DNA of 64,000 nt from Bacteroidota bacterium (GCA_016787485.1 JAEUUL010000038.1:44816-108815), one strand, 5' to 3'; positions 1 to 11,535 are shown, counted from the stretch's first letter. A program made the numbers and translations. Notes: generated from the sequence alone by a model not told the origin.

Positions 1-2895
1 GAAGAATTGTTGCCCGTACCAGCCCGAGTTGTAACAGGCGACCATCTGGGCCTTGCAGGCGAAACCATTGCACTGAGTGTAAAACTCATTGATGGTAACG
101 CAGAAGCATTTGGATTTGACGGAACATCAGCATCTGTAACAAAAACCACCACAGGCAGCGGATATATACCGGTTACCAAATTCAACTTTGGAAAGAACCA
201 TGGCAAATTTGAAATCGTTGTAAAATGGAAACGGGCTGAAAATGTAATTGAGGAGAAAAAATTCGAAGCCATTTCTCCCTTGTATCTTCAATTCCTAAAA
301 ACAACAACACCCATAGCTGACCCGGCATGGGATGCCGCAAAAAAAATGATTGAATCCGGCACAGTGGCAACCGATGCGGCACTTGCCTCACCAGCCTGGA
401 AAAATGCAAAATCTTTTCCCCGTTTTGCCTCAGGTTGTTATGACCATGCAAGGAACTACAGAAAAGACATTGACCTGGACATGGCAGCGAAACCAGCTCC
501 ATTAAAAGCGAATCCGCAAAAAGCCAAAACTTCAAAATTTGGAATTGCAGATTCAAAAGTGGAAAAAATGGAAGAAGACGCTGAAGCGGAATTGAGCAGC
601 ACAGCGACGCTTGAAAAACTGCGACCCGTTTGCCGGCCTGAAAAAGTCAGTTCCAATTACAGCAACAGCAAAATCAAGGAATTCAAAATAGGCCATCCTG
701 ACTACCCATTCACAATTGTACCGGAAGAAGAGATTACCCCCGAAGAATCATTCAATGGCAAAGGGAATATCAAGATAAATATAAACGCACTGTCCTTGAG
801 CAAGGTACTTGAAGAACTGGAACTCAACCTTGCAGACATTGTTGTTGAGGAAAAAAATGGGGAATTCTGGGCCTCATCCGGAGTAGTGGCATGGGAAACA
901 GGAATGGAAAAACCATTTACCCGCTTTGGGTTTGAACTGGGACTGTCATCTCTTGGGATAACAGCGAACCAGGGTGCAGAAATCAAAGGCAGTATAAAAC
1001 ACAAAAGCATGTCAGGCCCCGCCCAATTTGAAGCCACAGTAGATCCATCCGCCGAATTTTATGGAACAGTAAGCGACATGCCGGGGTATGAATACAAAGG
1101 GTTCAAACTAAAAGAGGGTGCACAATTCACGCTGGACTTTCACACCGGCAAAAATGCAATACCCTGGGAAGGTGATTTTACAGGAGTAGTCATTCATACC
1201 GCTTCTTTGGAACTGCCGAAAGCATTTACACCGGTAAAAGACGGAGATCCTGCTACCCTTTCAGCCAAAGATTTTTATGTGGGACCCGATGGATTTGGTG
1301 GTGAAATTTCCCTCACTGGCGGACTGGTGAAATTGGGGTATGCCGGATACCAGTTCAGTTGCACAGGGGTGGCTCTTCAATTCGCGAACAGCAAGCTGGA
1401 AGCAGGTACCTTTAGTGGCAGCATGGAGTTGCCTAAACCCATGGAAGGCACATTCGGATTATCCCTGACCGCAAATGCAGACGGTTTCACCGCTTCACTC
1501 AGCACAGACAAGCCGGTTATTTTACCCTCATTGGCCACAACTTTTCTGGTAAGCCAGGCTACTCTTGAATGGAAAGCCGCTGAAAATTCAGCTCAATTGG
1601 GATTAAGTGCACGGATTTCTTCAACCCGTTTTGGTGAAATTGAAATTGAGGGATTTTCAATCAACAGTGACGGTGAGGTTGCCGCCGAAAAAATCAGTAT
1701 CAATAAAGAAATAAAAATCGGTTCAGGATTCCGTATGCATATCCAATCGATTGGGTTTTCTTTTGCAAAAGACCATGTGTATTCGGTTGCCTTTGATGGA
1801 AAGATAAACCTTGCAGGAATGGTGGCGATACAAACCAAAGCCACCATAAGCAACGGACCCACACTGGCCTTTGAAGAATTAAAAGTAGACATTACAACCG
1901 GTCCGGCTGTATTGAAGGGTGGTTTCAGTTACGATGGTAAAGTATTTTCAGGAAATTTTGCAATTCAATTAAAAAGCCTCAACAAAGGAATTGATGGCTT
2001 TATCATAGCGGGTAGTCAGGAAATTTCGAAAGAACAATCATTCGGTTTCTGGTATGGGCAACTCACGGTTTCCGGCTCCATTCCTATAGGCAGCACAGGA
2101 GTAGCGCTGTTGGAATTGGGTGGTGGAATCGGATACAATTATATGCCACCTGCAGGTACACAGAAAGGGGCTCCCATTAACAATGAATCGTTTTCGCTGA
2201 AAGCATTGGTGGCGTTGGGAAGTGTACCCGGTGGAGAAGTGTTGAAAGGACGCATGGAAATGGTCTGGACCAGGGGCATCTTTGCACTGGACGGCAAAGT
2301 ATGGTTACTTACCCGGGAAGAAGCCATATATGGACAGGGAAATATAACTGTGCAATATGCCGATGCCGTAAAAACTACCGGTGATATTTCCATGCTTATC
2401 GGTTTGCCTGATGCAGACGGTGCGTTGTTTAAAGCTGAAGGCCTGGTGCATTTTAGTTATCCACCCAACGATGGCAGATATGTTTGGACTGAAAAATTAC
2501 AGGCCAATGTTTTAAATCTGGCCAGCGCGACGGGTTCAGTGCTCGTTGCCACCAACTTGTTCGCTGTATCGGGTGAAATCTCGTATGGTGGAAGCCGTGA
2601 TATACCGCTGGGTTTCGGCACTCTCCATGCCGGATTTTTACTAAAATATGGTGGTGGACTGCGCATCGCGGCCAACCCGATTGTTCTGAATACCAAAGGC
2701 AATTTTGGCGGAAACTGGAATGTAAACATCACCGCATTTGATACTCATTTTGACATCATTTACGGCAATCTCAATGTGGATTTAAATCTCGCCGCAGATG
2801 CCAGTCATATTCAGGTTTCGGGCAAAGCCAGTGTGGAATATTCGGTATTATTTTACAGTGGTAAAATGGAAGTTGATTTCGGTTATAGTTCATGA
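1..2895 (+). CDS. Large beta-strand-rich hypothetical protein, 5'-truncated by window edge (>=962 aa)
   Basis: Frame is open from the window start. Long run of amphipathic Gly/aromatic beta-strands; stop overlaps next start (ATGA). No recognised catalytic motif. Confidence 0.75.
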   Translation, partial: EELLPVPARVVTGDHLGLAGETIALSVKLIDGNAEAFGFDGTSASVTKTTTGSGYIPVTKFNFGKNHGKFEIVVKWKRAENVIEEKKFEAISPLYLQFLKTTTPIADPAWDAAKKMIESGTVATDAALASPAWKNAKSFPRFASGCYDHARNYRKDIDLDMAAKPAPLKANPQKAKTSKFGIADSKVEKMEEDAEAELSSTATLEKLRPVCRPEKVSSNYSNSKIKEFKIGHPDYPFTIVPEEEITPEESFNGKGNIKININALSLSKVLEELELNLADIVVEEKNGEFWASSGVVAWETGMEKPFTRFGFELGLSSLGITANQGAEIKGSIKHKSMSGPAQFEATVDPSAEFYGTVSDMPGYEYKGFKLKEGAQFTLDFHTGKNAIPWEGDFTGVVIHTASLELPKAFTPVKDGDPATLSAKDFYVGPDGFGGEISLTGGLVKLGYAGYQFSCTGVALQFANSKLEAGTFSGSMELPKPMEGTFGLSLTANADGFTASLSTDKPVILPSLATTFLVSQATLEWKAAENSAQLGLSARISSTRFGEIEIEGFSINSDGEVAAEKISINKEIKIGSGFRMHIQSIGFSFAKDHVYSVAFDGKINLAGMVAIQTKATISNGPTLAFEELKVDITTGPAVLKGGFSYDGKVFSGNFAIQLKSLNKGIDGFIIAGSQEISKEQSFGFWYGQLTVSGSIPIGSTGVALLELGGGIGYNYMPPAGTQKGAPINNESFSLKALVALGSVPGGEVLKGRMEMVWTRGIFALDGKVWLLTREEAIYGQGNITVQYADAVKTTGDISMLIGLPDADGALFKAEGLVHFSYPPNDGRYVWTEKLQANVLNLASATGSVLVATNLFAVSGEISYGGSRDIPLGFGTLHAGFLLKYGGGLRIAANPIVLNTKGNFGGNWNVNITAFDTHFDIIYGNLNVDLNLAADASHIQVSGKASVEYSVLFYSGKMEVDFGYSS

Positions 2896-4841
2896 AAAAG
2901 ACAATTCCATATTTGATGCATATTTTTCTGCTGCTGGCGGGGAACACATATGCCATTGCACAATCAGGAATTTATGCAGTACTGCATGAAGGTAAGATAT
3001 ACCTGCGTTGGAAGGGTGTGCAACAAAAAGGAATTACAGGGTATAAAATCTATCGGTCAGACAATGGCGGTGCATTTGAACCTGCAGGTGAAACACGAAT
3101 TGTAAAAAATGCTGCAGATATAAACCGAATATGCAAATTCAAGGCTCCCTTATTCCGCGAACTGACCGGAATTAAAGAAGAAAATGGCGCACTCACACCG
3201 GAGCTAAGAGACAGTATTATGGCAAACACAGCCCAATGGAACTTTTTAGGGGCAATGGGTATGGTGAATGTCGAAATAGGAAAGGCTTTGGGAGAATGGT
3301 TTGCCGACAGTACGATAGAAAAGGGACATACGTATTTGTATACTATTTCAGGTTTGTTTGAAAGTTCTGAAAGAAAAGAAATATATACATCAGAAAAGAT
3401 TTCAGCAGCGGTGAATTACCTGCTACCCAAACATCCATTGCTGATGGCCTCCCAGTCAGGAAATCAGGTTATGCTGGAATGGTACAGACCTCCGCAATCC
3501 GGCATGATTGCTACTTACCAGGTATACCGTTCGGGAAAAGCAACAGGACCATGGGAAAAAGTAAACCTGAGTGGATATTTCAATGCCGGCAATGTGCAGG
3601 TGTGCCGCATAGCGGATAAACGCACAGAGAAAGACAGCCATCTCTTTTATAAAATTCACAGTGTGGATGTGTTTGGTTTACAGGGCCCGGGTAGTCCGGT
3701 TGTGGAGGTAAGGCTTCTGCAACAATTATCACAATCGCCTGTATTGGAAGCAGATGAATTTGCCCGTATGCTCAGATTGCGATGGACTCCTTCCATGCGG
3801 GAAAATGCGGTGCGTATTTACCGGAAAACAAACGGCAAGTCCGGAGAATTAATCTATCAATCGCCCCCGGGTCTTGCTGAAACAGGCGAATTTTACGACC
3901 GGAATCCACCAGCCGGCATTGTGGTTCAATACTGGCTATGTGAAGTTCCCGGCGATGGTGTCACAACAATATGTTCTGATACGGTAAGAATACAGACTGG
4001 AAACCGTATACCGCCCAGACCGGAAAAACCTGTAGCTACAGTTACAAACGACGGTACAGTGCAATTGAAATGGCAATATGGCAGCCACCCTGTAGAAGGA
4101 TTTATGGTAGAAAGACTTTTCAAATCCGGAGCTGAGCACTTCGTGCTCACTGCCAAGCCAGTGGTGGGCTTAAGTATCACCGACAAACTAAAACCCGATG
4201 GTACCGAATTCTATTATTTCATATACGCCATCGGCAAAGACGGGCAAAAGTCAAAACCCTCAGACACCGTGAAAGTAGTTACCCCGGATAAGACGGCACC
4301 CATAGTTCCGGTATTTACATATGCCGCGGTAGAAGGGAATATTGCCAGATTGAAATGGTCCGGGCCAAAAGACTCCGCAGGAATATCCTATACAGTGCGT
4401 ATCCATACAGGCAGCGGTTGGGTTGAGAAAACGACAATCAGCAATGATTTATCCGATTCTATTGCGAATTCAGCTAAGAAAATTTATTCAGTGCAGGCGA
4501 AAGACGCGCAGGGCAATTCCAGCCCATGGTCACAGCCGGTTACACTAACAGGAAAATACATTGTTTTACCGGTGAACCGGTTCAGCGCGATCACAGACAC
4601 TACCGGGTACTTGGTTTTTGAATGGCAAATTGCGGCGAAACAGGCAACGGGTATGTACTACCTGGAACAATCTGCCGATGGCAAAACCTGGAAACCACTG
4701 GCAGAAATTCCGGGAAATCAGGTAAGTTATCGAATGAAATACCGCGGGGAAATGAAGAAATTTCGTTTCAGAATTACGGTTTACGATACAGAATACAGGC
4801 ACAGCAAACCCATTGAAACGGGCATTGAACCAAAGCCCTGA
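2892..4841 (+). CDS. Secreted fibronectin type III repeat protein
   Basis: N-terminal signal peptide; about six FN3-like modules (LxW...GYxIYRS...YxYxI/V) in 649 aa. Confidence 0.8.
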   Translation: MKKTIPYLMHIFLLLAGNTYAIAQSGIYAVLHEGKIYLRWKGVQQKGITGYKIYRSDNGGAFEPAGETRIVKNAADINRICKFKAPLFRELTGIKEENGALTPELRDSIMANTAQWNFLGAMGMVNVEIGKALGEWFADSTIEKGHTYLYTISGLFESSERKEIYTSEKISAAVNYLLPKHPLLMASQSGNQVMLEWYRPPQSGMIATYQVYRSGKATGPWEKVNLSGYFNAGNVQVCRIADKRTEKDSHLFYKIHSVDVFGLQGPGSPVVEVRLLQQLSQSPVLEADEFARMLRLRWTPSMRENAVRIYRKTNGKSGELIYQSPPGLAETGEFYDRNPPAGIVVQYWLCEVPGDGVTTICSDTVRIQTGNRIPPRPEKPVATVTNDGTVQLKWQYGSHPVEGFMVERLFKSGAEHFVLTAKPVVGLSITDKLKPDGTEFYYFIYAIGKDGQKSKPSDTVKVVTPDKTAPIVPVFTYAAVEGNIARLKWSGPKDSAGISYTVRIHTGSGWVEKTTISNDLSDSIANSAKKIYSVQAKDAQGNSSPWSQPVTLTGKYIVLPVNRFSAITDTTGYLVFEWQIAAKQATGMYYLEQSADGKTWKPLAEIPGNQVSYRMKYRGEMKKFRFRITVYDTEYRHSKPIETGIEPKP

Positions 4842-4843
4842 AA

Positions 4844-6580
4844 TCACTTCAATCCCAGCTCACTCAGCTGAGATGCGTCTATCGCAGACGGGGCATCTAT
4901 CATCACATCCCGTCCGGCATTGTTTTTAGGGAATGCGATAAAATCGCGGATGCTGTCGCTGCCACCAAACAAGCTGCAAAGCCTGTCGAATCCCAGGGCG
5001 ATACCACCATGCGGGGGTGCACCATATTCGAAGGCACTGAGCAGGAATCCGAACTGACTTTTGGCCTGTTCTTCTGTAAAACCCAGCAACTGGAACATAC
5101 GGGACTGCAGAGCACGGTCGTGAATACGAATACTTCCCCCGCCAATCTCCACACCATTGATAACCAGGTCGTATGCATTGGCACGCACAGATCCCGGATC
5201 CGATTCCATAGCGGCCAAATCTGTGGGCAACGGACTGGTAAACGGATGGTGCATGGCATGCCACCGCTGTCCGTTTTCATCAAACTCCAGCAACGGAAAA
5301 TCCACTACCCACATGGGCTTAAACACATTGGGATCGCGCAATCCCAACAAATTGCCCATATGCAGCCGCAGTTCATTCATTTGTTTGCGCGTGCTGTGCA
5401 GGTTACCGGAAAGGACCAGCAGCAGATCGCCGGGTTTTACATTGCAACGTGCACCCCATTCAGCCAGTTGCTCCGGGGTGTAAAATTTATCTACACTGCT
5501 TTTGGGTGGCATACCTTCTTCAAACCGGCAGTAAACCATTCCTTTGGCGCCGATTTGCGGGCGTTTCACATACTCGGTAAGTTCATCCAGTTGCTTGCGC
5601 GAAAAGCCTGCGGCAGACGGTGCGCAAATTCCAATGACTGATTCTGCAGAATCAAATACACCAAAGCCTTTACCCTGAGCCAAATCTGTAAGGTCACAGA
5701 ATTCCATTCCAAAACGCATATCGGGCTTATCGCTGCCAAATCTTCTCATGGCATCCTGATAAGTCATGCGTTCAAAATCACCAAATTCAATCCCTTTTAC
5801 TTCGCGGAACAATTGTTTCATCATGCCCTCGAAAGTTTGCAAAATGTCTTCCTGTTCCACAAAGCTCATTTCGCAATCAATCTGGGTAAACTCCGGCTGC
5901 CGGTCGGCACGCAGGTCTTCATCCCTGAAGCATTTGACGATTTGAAAATACTTGTCAAACCCGCTTACCATAAGCAATTGCTTAAATGTTTGCGGACTTT
6001 GCGGCAGGGCATACCACTGGCCGGGGTTCATGCGACTCGGAACCACAAAATCGCGTGCACCTTCAGGCGTACTTTTGATGAGAACAGGGGTTTCCACTTC
6101 AAGAAATCCTGCATTGCTCAGAAAATTACGGACAGATTGGGCGAGCTTATGCCGCAGAATCAGATTATTGCGGACAGGTTCTCTGCGCAAATCCAGATAC
6201 CGGTATTGCATACGGATATCATCGCCACCGTCGGTTTCGTTCTCAATGGTAAACGGAGGTGTGAGAGACGGATTGAGTACTGTAAATTCTTCAACAATGA
6301 GTTCCACATCTCCGGTAGGCAAGTTGGGATTTCTGGCTGCACGTTCTGCCACTTTCCCTTTCACCTGCAGCACATATTCGCGCCCTACGCCTGCAACCAT
6401 GCTGAGTAAATCCATGCCTACATTTTCATTAAAAGCAATCTGGGTTATACCATATCTGTCGCGCAGATCAATAAAGGCCATACTGCCCAGATTACGGATA
6501 CGGGCAGCCCAGCCGGCCAATGTAACGGTGGAGCCTGCATGGGCTATTCTCAATTCGCCACAGGTGTGGGTTCTGTACAT
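4844..6580 (-). CDS. aspS: Aspartate--tRNA ligase
   Basis: [11 protein letters not shown]-terminus, [49 protein letters not shown]. Confidence 0.98.
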   Translation of the reverse strand: MYRTHTCGELRIAHAGSTVTLAGWAARIRNLGSMAFIDLRDRYGITQIAFNENVGMDLLSMVAGVGREYVLQVKGKVAERAARNPNLPTGDVELIVEEFTVLNPSLTPPFTIENETDGGDDIRMQYRYLDLRREPVRNNLILRHKLAQSVRNFLSNAGFLEVETPVLIKSTPEGARDFVVPSRMNPGQWYALPQSPQTFKQLLMVSGFDKYFQIVKCFRDEDLRADRQPEFTQIDCEMSFVEQEDILQTFEGMMKQLFREVKGIEFGDFERMTYQDAMRRFGSDKPDMRFGMEFCDLTDLAQGKGFGVFDSAESVIGICAPSAAGFSRKQLDELTEYVKRPQIGAKGMVYCRFEEGMPPKSSVDKFYTPEQLAEWGARCNVKPGDLLLVLSGNLHSTRKQMNELRLHMGNLLGLRDPNVFKPMWVVDFPLLEFDENGQRWHAMHHPFTSPLPTDLAAMESDPGSVRANAYDLVINGVEIGGGSIRIHDRALQSRMFQLLGFTEEQAKSQFGFLLSAFEYGAPPHGGIALGFDRLCSLFGGSDSIRDFIAFPKNNAGRDVMIDAPSAIDASQLSELGLK

Positions 6581-6622
6581 GCCGCGAAATTACACGGCAC
6601 ATGGCGTAAGTCCCAACCCTAA

Positions 6623-6660
6623 AAGATGAATCAATCCAAAGATGACTAAAAAGGATGAAT
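6623..6660 (-). promoter_or_regulatory. Imperfect direct repeats, candidate LytTR binding sites
   Basis: aagatgaat (6623-6631), aagatgact (6639-6647) and aggatgaat (6652-6660), between the LytTR gene and aspS. Confidence 0.35.
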
Positions 6661-6686
6661 AATTGTCTGATACCTTGAAATGCCGG

Positions 6687-7451
6687 TCAGGCCTTCAGGT
6701 TCATGATTTTCAGGAACTCATCTACCTTCTCGCCTGAAATGCCGGCCTCAACCTCTCCCTGCAGCACCACCCTGCCACCTTCCGATTTGGTAAATTCTTT
6801 GACATGGTGCGTGTTGATCATATACGATTTATGGCAGCGGAAAAAGAAGGGTATTGGACCCAATAATTCACCAAAATACTTGAGGTTTTTACTAACCATC
6901 AGTTTTTCGCCTGTGGTGATGGTAATTTCAGAATAGGCCCCTTCTCCTTTAATCATCACCAAATCATCCACTTTGTAAAATTTGTAGGACTGACCAACAG
7001 GTATGGCAATTCTCCGGTCACGGTCTGATTCAGGAGCCAGATTCCTGCGCAATACTTCCAGTTGCCGCAATTCCCGTGGATTGGTTTTACTCAGAAAACG
7101 TTCAACGGTTTCACGCAATCTCTGGTACTGAATGGGTTTCAAAATATAATCAAGTGCAGCAAGCCGGAATGCCTGAATGGCATATTCGTTATAGGCAGTT
7201 GTAAATACAATTTCAAAATCCACTTCTTCGGGATTTAATTGTTCCAGTATATCCAAACCACTTTTACCGGGCATTTCGATATCGAGGAATACGATATCGG
7301 GTTTGTGTTTGCGGATTGCAGCTATGGCTGAATCAAGGTCGTCGCACTCTGCGGAAATAAATAGCTCCGGGCAGTACTCTGTAATCAAAGTACGCAACAG
7401 CAACCGGGCTTTGCTTTCATCATCAACGATTAAACATCTGTGCAGATTCAT
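6687..7451 (-). CDS. LytTR-family response regulator
   Basis: Receiver domain (IVDDE, FLDIEMP, TTAY, DYILKP) plus LytTR domain (FFRCHKSYMIN). ATG at 7451 preferred over TTG at 7466. Confidence 0.95.
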   Translation of the reverse strand: MNLHRCLIVDDESKARLLLRTLITEYCPELFISAECDDLDSAIAAIRKHKPDIVFLDIEMPGKSGLDILEQLNPEEVDFEIVFTTAYNEYAIQAFRLAALDYILKPIQYQRLRETVERFLSKTNPRELRQLEVLRRNLAPESDRDRRIAIPVGQSYKFYKVDDLVMIKGEGAYSEITITTGEKLMVSKNLKYFGELLGPIPFFFRCHKSYMINTHHVKEFTKSEGGRVVLQGEVEAGISGEKVDEFLKIMNLKA

Positions 7452-7487
7452 ACCATAAAAAAACAAACTTAATGCACAGAAACTATA

Positions 7488-10421
7488 TCACAAAGGAATA
7501 TTCAATATCACTTTGGTACCCAATGCATTGCCATCTGAATCCACCTTGTCAACAAATTCAACGCCAATAATCTTAGACCGGCCCTGATTCAGCAACTCAA
7601 GCCGTTTTTGATTGGCTCTGGTGGCAAAGCTTTCATGTGTTCTCGGACGCTGAGCCTGCAACTCCGCAGCTTTCTTACGTCCTATGCCATCATCTTCCAC
7701 TGTGGCAATGAGGATATTGTCTTTCAAATTAAAAGAAACCACAATTTTTTTATTGCCTTTCTTGTTGAACAGTCCATGTTTAATGGCATTTTCAACATAC
7801 GGCTGAATCAACATGGGTGGAATCTGAATCATATCCGGTACAATTCCCGGGTCTACATGCACTTCAAATTTGAGACTCTCCTCAAAACGCATATGTTCCA
7901 GTTGTAAATACAACTTCAATGACTTTAACTCCTCGTAAAGGCTCACCTTTTCCCTCGCACTCATATCCAGGATCATCCGCATCAATTCCGAAAACTGGTT
8001 GAGGTACTGGCTCGCATTCTCCCTGTCATTGAGAAATATATAGCTCTGAATTGTATTCATTGCATTGAAAATGAAATGCGGATTCATTTGCACTTTCAGT
8101 GAAGCAAGCATGCTGCTCTGCAACTCTTTTTCCAGAAAATACTTGGATTGCTTCAATTCTGACTTTCTGTGCAAATCTGCAATCCGCCAACGCATATACA
8201 CATAGGTAAGTGCACCCAATAACAATATAAGAAGCAGAATAAACCACCAGCGCTGCCAGAATGGATAGGCTATGGTGAAAGCATAGCTCAGCTCTCCCTT
8301 TGATTCCACCCCATCTTCATTCTGGGCTTTCAGATATACTTTGTATGAACCGGGCGACAAACTCGCGAGATACAAAATCCGGTTTTGACTTTCAGCCTGC
8401 CGCCAGTTTCCGTTGTTGATTTTATAGAAAATCTTTATCTCTGATGCCCCTTTGTAAGACAGTACATTGTAATGGATTTCCACATTGTTTTCTGCCGTTC
8501 CGAATTCATTGTTATCCTTTTGCGAGGCAGCGCGTTGCCCATTGACATAAACCACATCAATCTGCAGCAATGGCAGCGTTTTATTCTTACTTGCCAGTTT
8601 GCGGGGAAATGCAGCCAACCCATCAGAAGTAGCGAGGTATACATTTCTACCGGTAATGCAAAAATCCCTGATTTCTGCCTTGGGCAAACCATCTGAAGCG
8701 GAATAAATGTCATATTCCCCTTTTTCCAGATTTGCCTTCAAAATAAAGTTTTCGTACAACACCCACAGTTCATCTTCAACCATGGTCAGTTTTACAATGG
8801 ATAAGTCTTTGAGGTTGGCAGGTAAATTTACTTTTCGAAGTACTTTGTTGTTAAAAACAACCAACAAATCCCCCTCAAATGTTGCAATATAGGCTTCTCC
8901 GTTCTGAATATAAATGTCGGAGGCGAATACTGGTTTCCCATTGTATTTCAGCGGTCCGTTGTAGGACGAGGAGTACACGAATGTTCCGTCGGCACCGCTG
9001 CCGTACAAAATCCTGTTTTTTGTGTCGTATCCCACACAACGCGCGCGGACAATTCCTTCAGACAACTGAAACAGTGAAGACCGCCATTCGATTTTTCTAT
9101 GGATGATTTTCTGAACTGATTCGGGAATTTTTCCATCTTTGGAAGCATTGTATAAAAACAATCCATTACCCAGTGCCATAAAGTATACCCCATCCTCTAC
9201 ATACTCAATATCCTTTACCGCCAGCTGATCTGTAAATGTAATTTTTTCATCCTGCAATCCGTACAATTTATCACTGCCAATCAGCAAACGGTCATTCGAT
9301 TTATCATCGAAAATGGTGACGACCGCATGCGGATCTGACAACTGTTTTATTTTCCAGAAATAATGACTTTCTTCCAGATACTCCCAGATATAATTATCCC
9401 GTGTGCCGATAAGAATGGATGAATTTTTGGCGTATGGAGTGAGAGCCGTAAATGAATAATTTTCATTTCTGATAAGAGACACATTTAGATTCGGCAGAAA
9501 ATATATACCCTGATTGAGGGTTGTAAACCACAAACTGCCTTCCCTGTCTTTTACTGAATTGCTGATGCTAGCCTCCTTAAAAAACGGCTCCCCATTTTGC
9601 AGTGGTTCCAGATTCTGATTATAGGTATATACCCCCTCTGCAGTTGAGACATAAAGCTGCCCATCCAGAATTTCTGCAGACTGCATAAAGGCGCCTGAGC
9701 CGAAATCCCTGATTTCCAGCCCTTTCCCTTCCTGATAAATGCCAATCTTCTTCGTTCCTGACTTGGAGAACATTAAAATCTTATCGTTGAATTTCAACAA
9801 ACCATAAGGCGAACCCATACTCACCGGAACTGAGCACAGATGCTCAGCTTTTCCTTTCCTAATCCTTATCAATTGAGTGGCTGGCATGGCGAGGCCGTAA
9901 ATATCCTCACCGTCTATGAGCATATTGCTGGCTATGAAACTGGTTTCCCAATTGAACTGGCCGACAATTTTTTTATCCCGGATGTCATATTTCAAACAAT
10001 ACCCATCGCGAACTGTAATGAAATATCTTCCTGCCTGCAACTGAAAGGGAATGTAATTTCCCGGGCCTGAAAGAAACTCTTCCAGCACAAGCTCATCACC
10101 CAATGTATGCATAACCTGACCGGTAAAACTCTGACACCAGATCTGGCCATTGATATCTTCCTGCAAATTGGAAACGGCTTTGCTTTTCTGGTTTTTATTG
10201 AACCAGGTTTTAAAATTGACTCCATCATACCGTGAGAGTCCTTTTTCATGCCCGATCCACATATAGCCGCGCGAATCCTGCAGGATGTCATACACCACAT
10301 TGGTAGGCAAACCGTTTGAATAATCCAGCTTGCGGTATGCGGGCGACTGACCACCGAGAAATGGACACCAACCCAGAACCAGAAAACAGAAAAATACAAG
10401 CCGAAACATTTTGCCTCTCAC
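7488..10421 (-). CDS. LytS-type sensor histidine kinase with periplasmic beta-propeller/YYY domain
   Basis: Reg_prop repeats (QDSRGYMWIG), YYY domain, TM helix, QMNPHFIFN H-box, IPPMLIQPYVENAIKHG, DDGIG. Start may be ATG 10409. Confidence 0.93.
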   Translation of the reverse strand: MRGKMFRLVFFCFLVLGWCPFLGGQSPAYRKLDYSNGLPTNVVYDILQDSRGYMWIGHEKGLSRYDGVNFKTWFNKNQKSKAVSNLQEDINGQIWCQSFTGQVMHTLGDELVLEEFLSGPGNYIPFQLQAGRYFITVRDGYCLKYDIRDKKIVGQFNWETSFIASNMLIDGEDIYGLAMPATQLIRIRKGKAEHLCSVPVSMGSPYGLLKFNDKILMFSKSGTKKIGIYQEGKGLEIRDFGSGAFMQSAEILDGQLYVSTAEGVYTYNQNLEPLQNGEPFFKEASISNSVKDREGSLWFTTLNQGIYFLPNLNVSLIRNENYSFTALTPYAKNSSILIGTRDNYIWEYLEESHYFWKIKQLSDPHAVVTIFDDKSNDRLLIGSDKLYGLQDEKITFTDQLAVKDIEYVEDGVYFMALGNGLFLYNASKDGKIPESVQKIIHRKIEWRSSLFQLSEGIVRARCVGYDTKNRILYGSGADGTFVYSSSYNGPLKYNGKPVFASDIYIQNGEAYIATFEGDLLVVFNNKVLRKVNLPANLKDLSIVKLTMVEDELWVLYENFILKANLEKGEYDIYSASDGLPKAEIRDFCITGRNVYLATSDGLAAFPRKLASKNKTLPLLQIDVVYVNGQRAASQKDNNEFGTAENNVEIHYNVLSYKGASEIKIFYKINNGNWRQAESQNRILYLASLSPGSYKVYLKAQNEDGVESKGELSYAFTIAYPFWQRWWFILLLILLLGALTYVYMRWRIADLHRKSELKQSKYFLEKELQSSMLASLKVQMNPHFIFNAMNTIQSYIFLNDRENASQYLNQFSELMRMILDMSAREKVSLYEELKSLKLYLQLEHMRFEESLKFEVHVDPGIVPDMIQIPPMLIQPYVENAIKHGLFNKKGNKKIVVSFNLKDNILIATVEDDGIGRKKAAELQAQRPRTHESFATRANQKRLELLNQGRSKIIGVEFVDKVDSDGNALGTKVILNIPL

Positions 10422-10457
10422 AGCAAAAATGACCTATTCCGATGGGAATGCCAAGGT

Positions 10458-11498
10458 TTAGCCGCGGAAATGCTCCCAACCCTGCGCTTTCAGGTCGAAA
10501 ACATTGCCTGCTTTGGTAATAAGTCTGTGCTGGCCCTTATTGGCGGTAGCGTGCCCAATCACGGTTAAATCCGGATTGTTTTTTATTTTTTCAAAATCTG
10601 CAGGCTTGATGGTGAAAAGCAATTCATAATCTTCTCCTCCATTAAGACTGGCAATACTCGGGTTCAGACCAAATCCGAGAGCCCGATCCACCGTCATCGG
10701 GTCTATTGGCAGCTTTTCTTCATAGATATCGAAACCGACCCCACTGGCTGCTCCCAGGTGAAATACCTCACTGGCCACGCCGTCACTAACATCAATCATG
10801 CTGCCTGGTTGAACTTTGAGTTCAGCCAACAGCTTAATGATATCCAGCCTGGCTTCCGGACGCAGCTGACGACCAACGATGTAATCATGCGCCTCCAGAT
10901 CAGGTTGCATATCTGGGTGCTCCATAAATACACGTTTTTCGCGTTCAAGGATTTGTAACCCCATATACGCACCACCAATATCGCCGCTAACTACGAGCAG
11001 ATCATTTTCTTCAGCCCCCCGGCGATAGGCAATTTTCTCTTTCTCCACTCTGCCAGCAGCAGTTATACTCAAAACCAAACCGGAACGGCTGCTGAAAGTA
11101 TCACCGCCCACCAAATCCACATTGTACTTTTCGCAGGCAGTGCGCACACCCACATAAATTTCCTCAACAGCTTCCAGTGAAAACCGGTTGCTGAGACCCA
11201 TATTCACCAGAATCTGACCCGGAATACCATTCATGGCGCATATATCGCTTACAGCCACAGCAACTGCCTTATATCCCAAATGCTTCAAAGGATGGAATGA
11301 CAGGTCGAAATGAACCCCTTCCAGCAATGCATCTGAACTCAATAGCCAAAATGCATTGCCAGCTTCGATGACTGCGGCATCATCTCCAGGCCCCATAACC
11401 GTTGTGGGATTTTTCATACCGAGATCTTTGGTCAGATGGTGAATCAATCCAAATTCACCCAGGGATTCCAGTTCGGTTCGGGAATTATTTTCAAACAT
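10458..11498 (-). CDS. thiL: Thiamine-monophosphate kinase
   Basis: GEFGLI, GDDAAV, EGVHF, SDICAMNG, VGGD, IDVSDG, GGEDYELLFT, GWEHF. Confidence 0.97.
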   Translation of the reverse strand: MFENNSRTELESLGEFGLIHHLTKDLGMKNPTTVMGPGDDAAVIEAGNAFWLLSSDALLEGVHFDLSFHPLKHLGYKAVAVAVSDICAMNGIPGQILVNMGLSNRFSLEAVEEIYVGVRTACEKYNVDLVGGDTFSSRSGLVLSITAAGRVEKEKIAYRRGAEENDLLVVSGDIGGAYMGLQILEREKRVFMEHPDMQPDLEAHDYIVGRQLRPEARLDIIKLLAELKVQPGSMIDVSDGVASEVFHLGAASGVGFDIYEEKLPIDPMTVDRALGFGLNPSIASLNGGEDYELLFTIKPADFEKIKNNPDLTVIGHATANKGQHRLITKAGNVFDLKAQGWEHFRG

Positions 11499-11535
11499 GA
11501 TTTTATTTATGATTCAGGACGGAAGATGTGATGAA

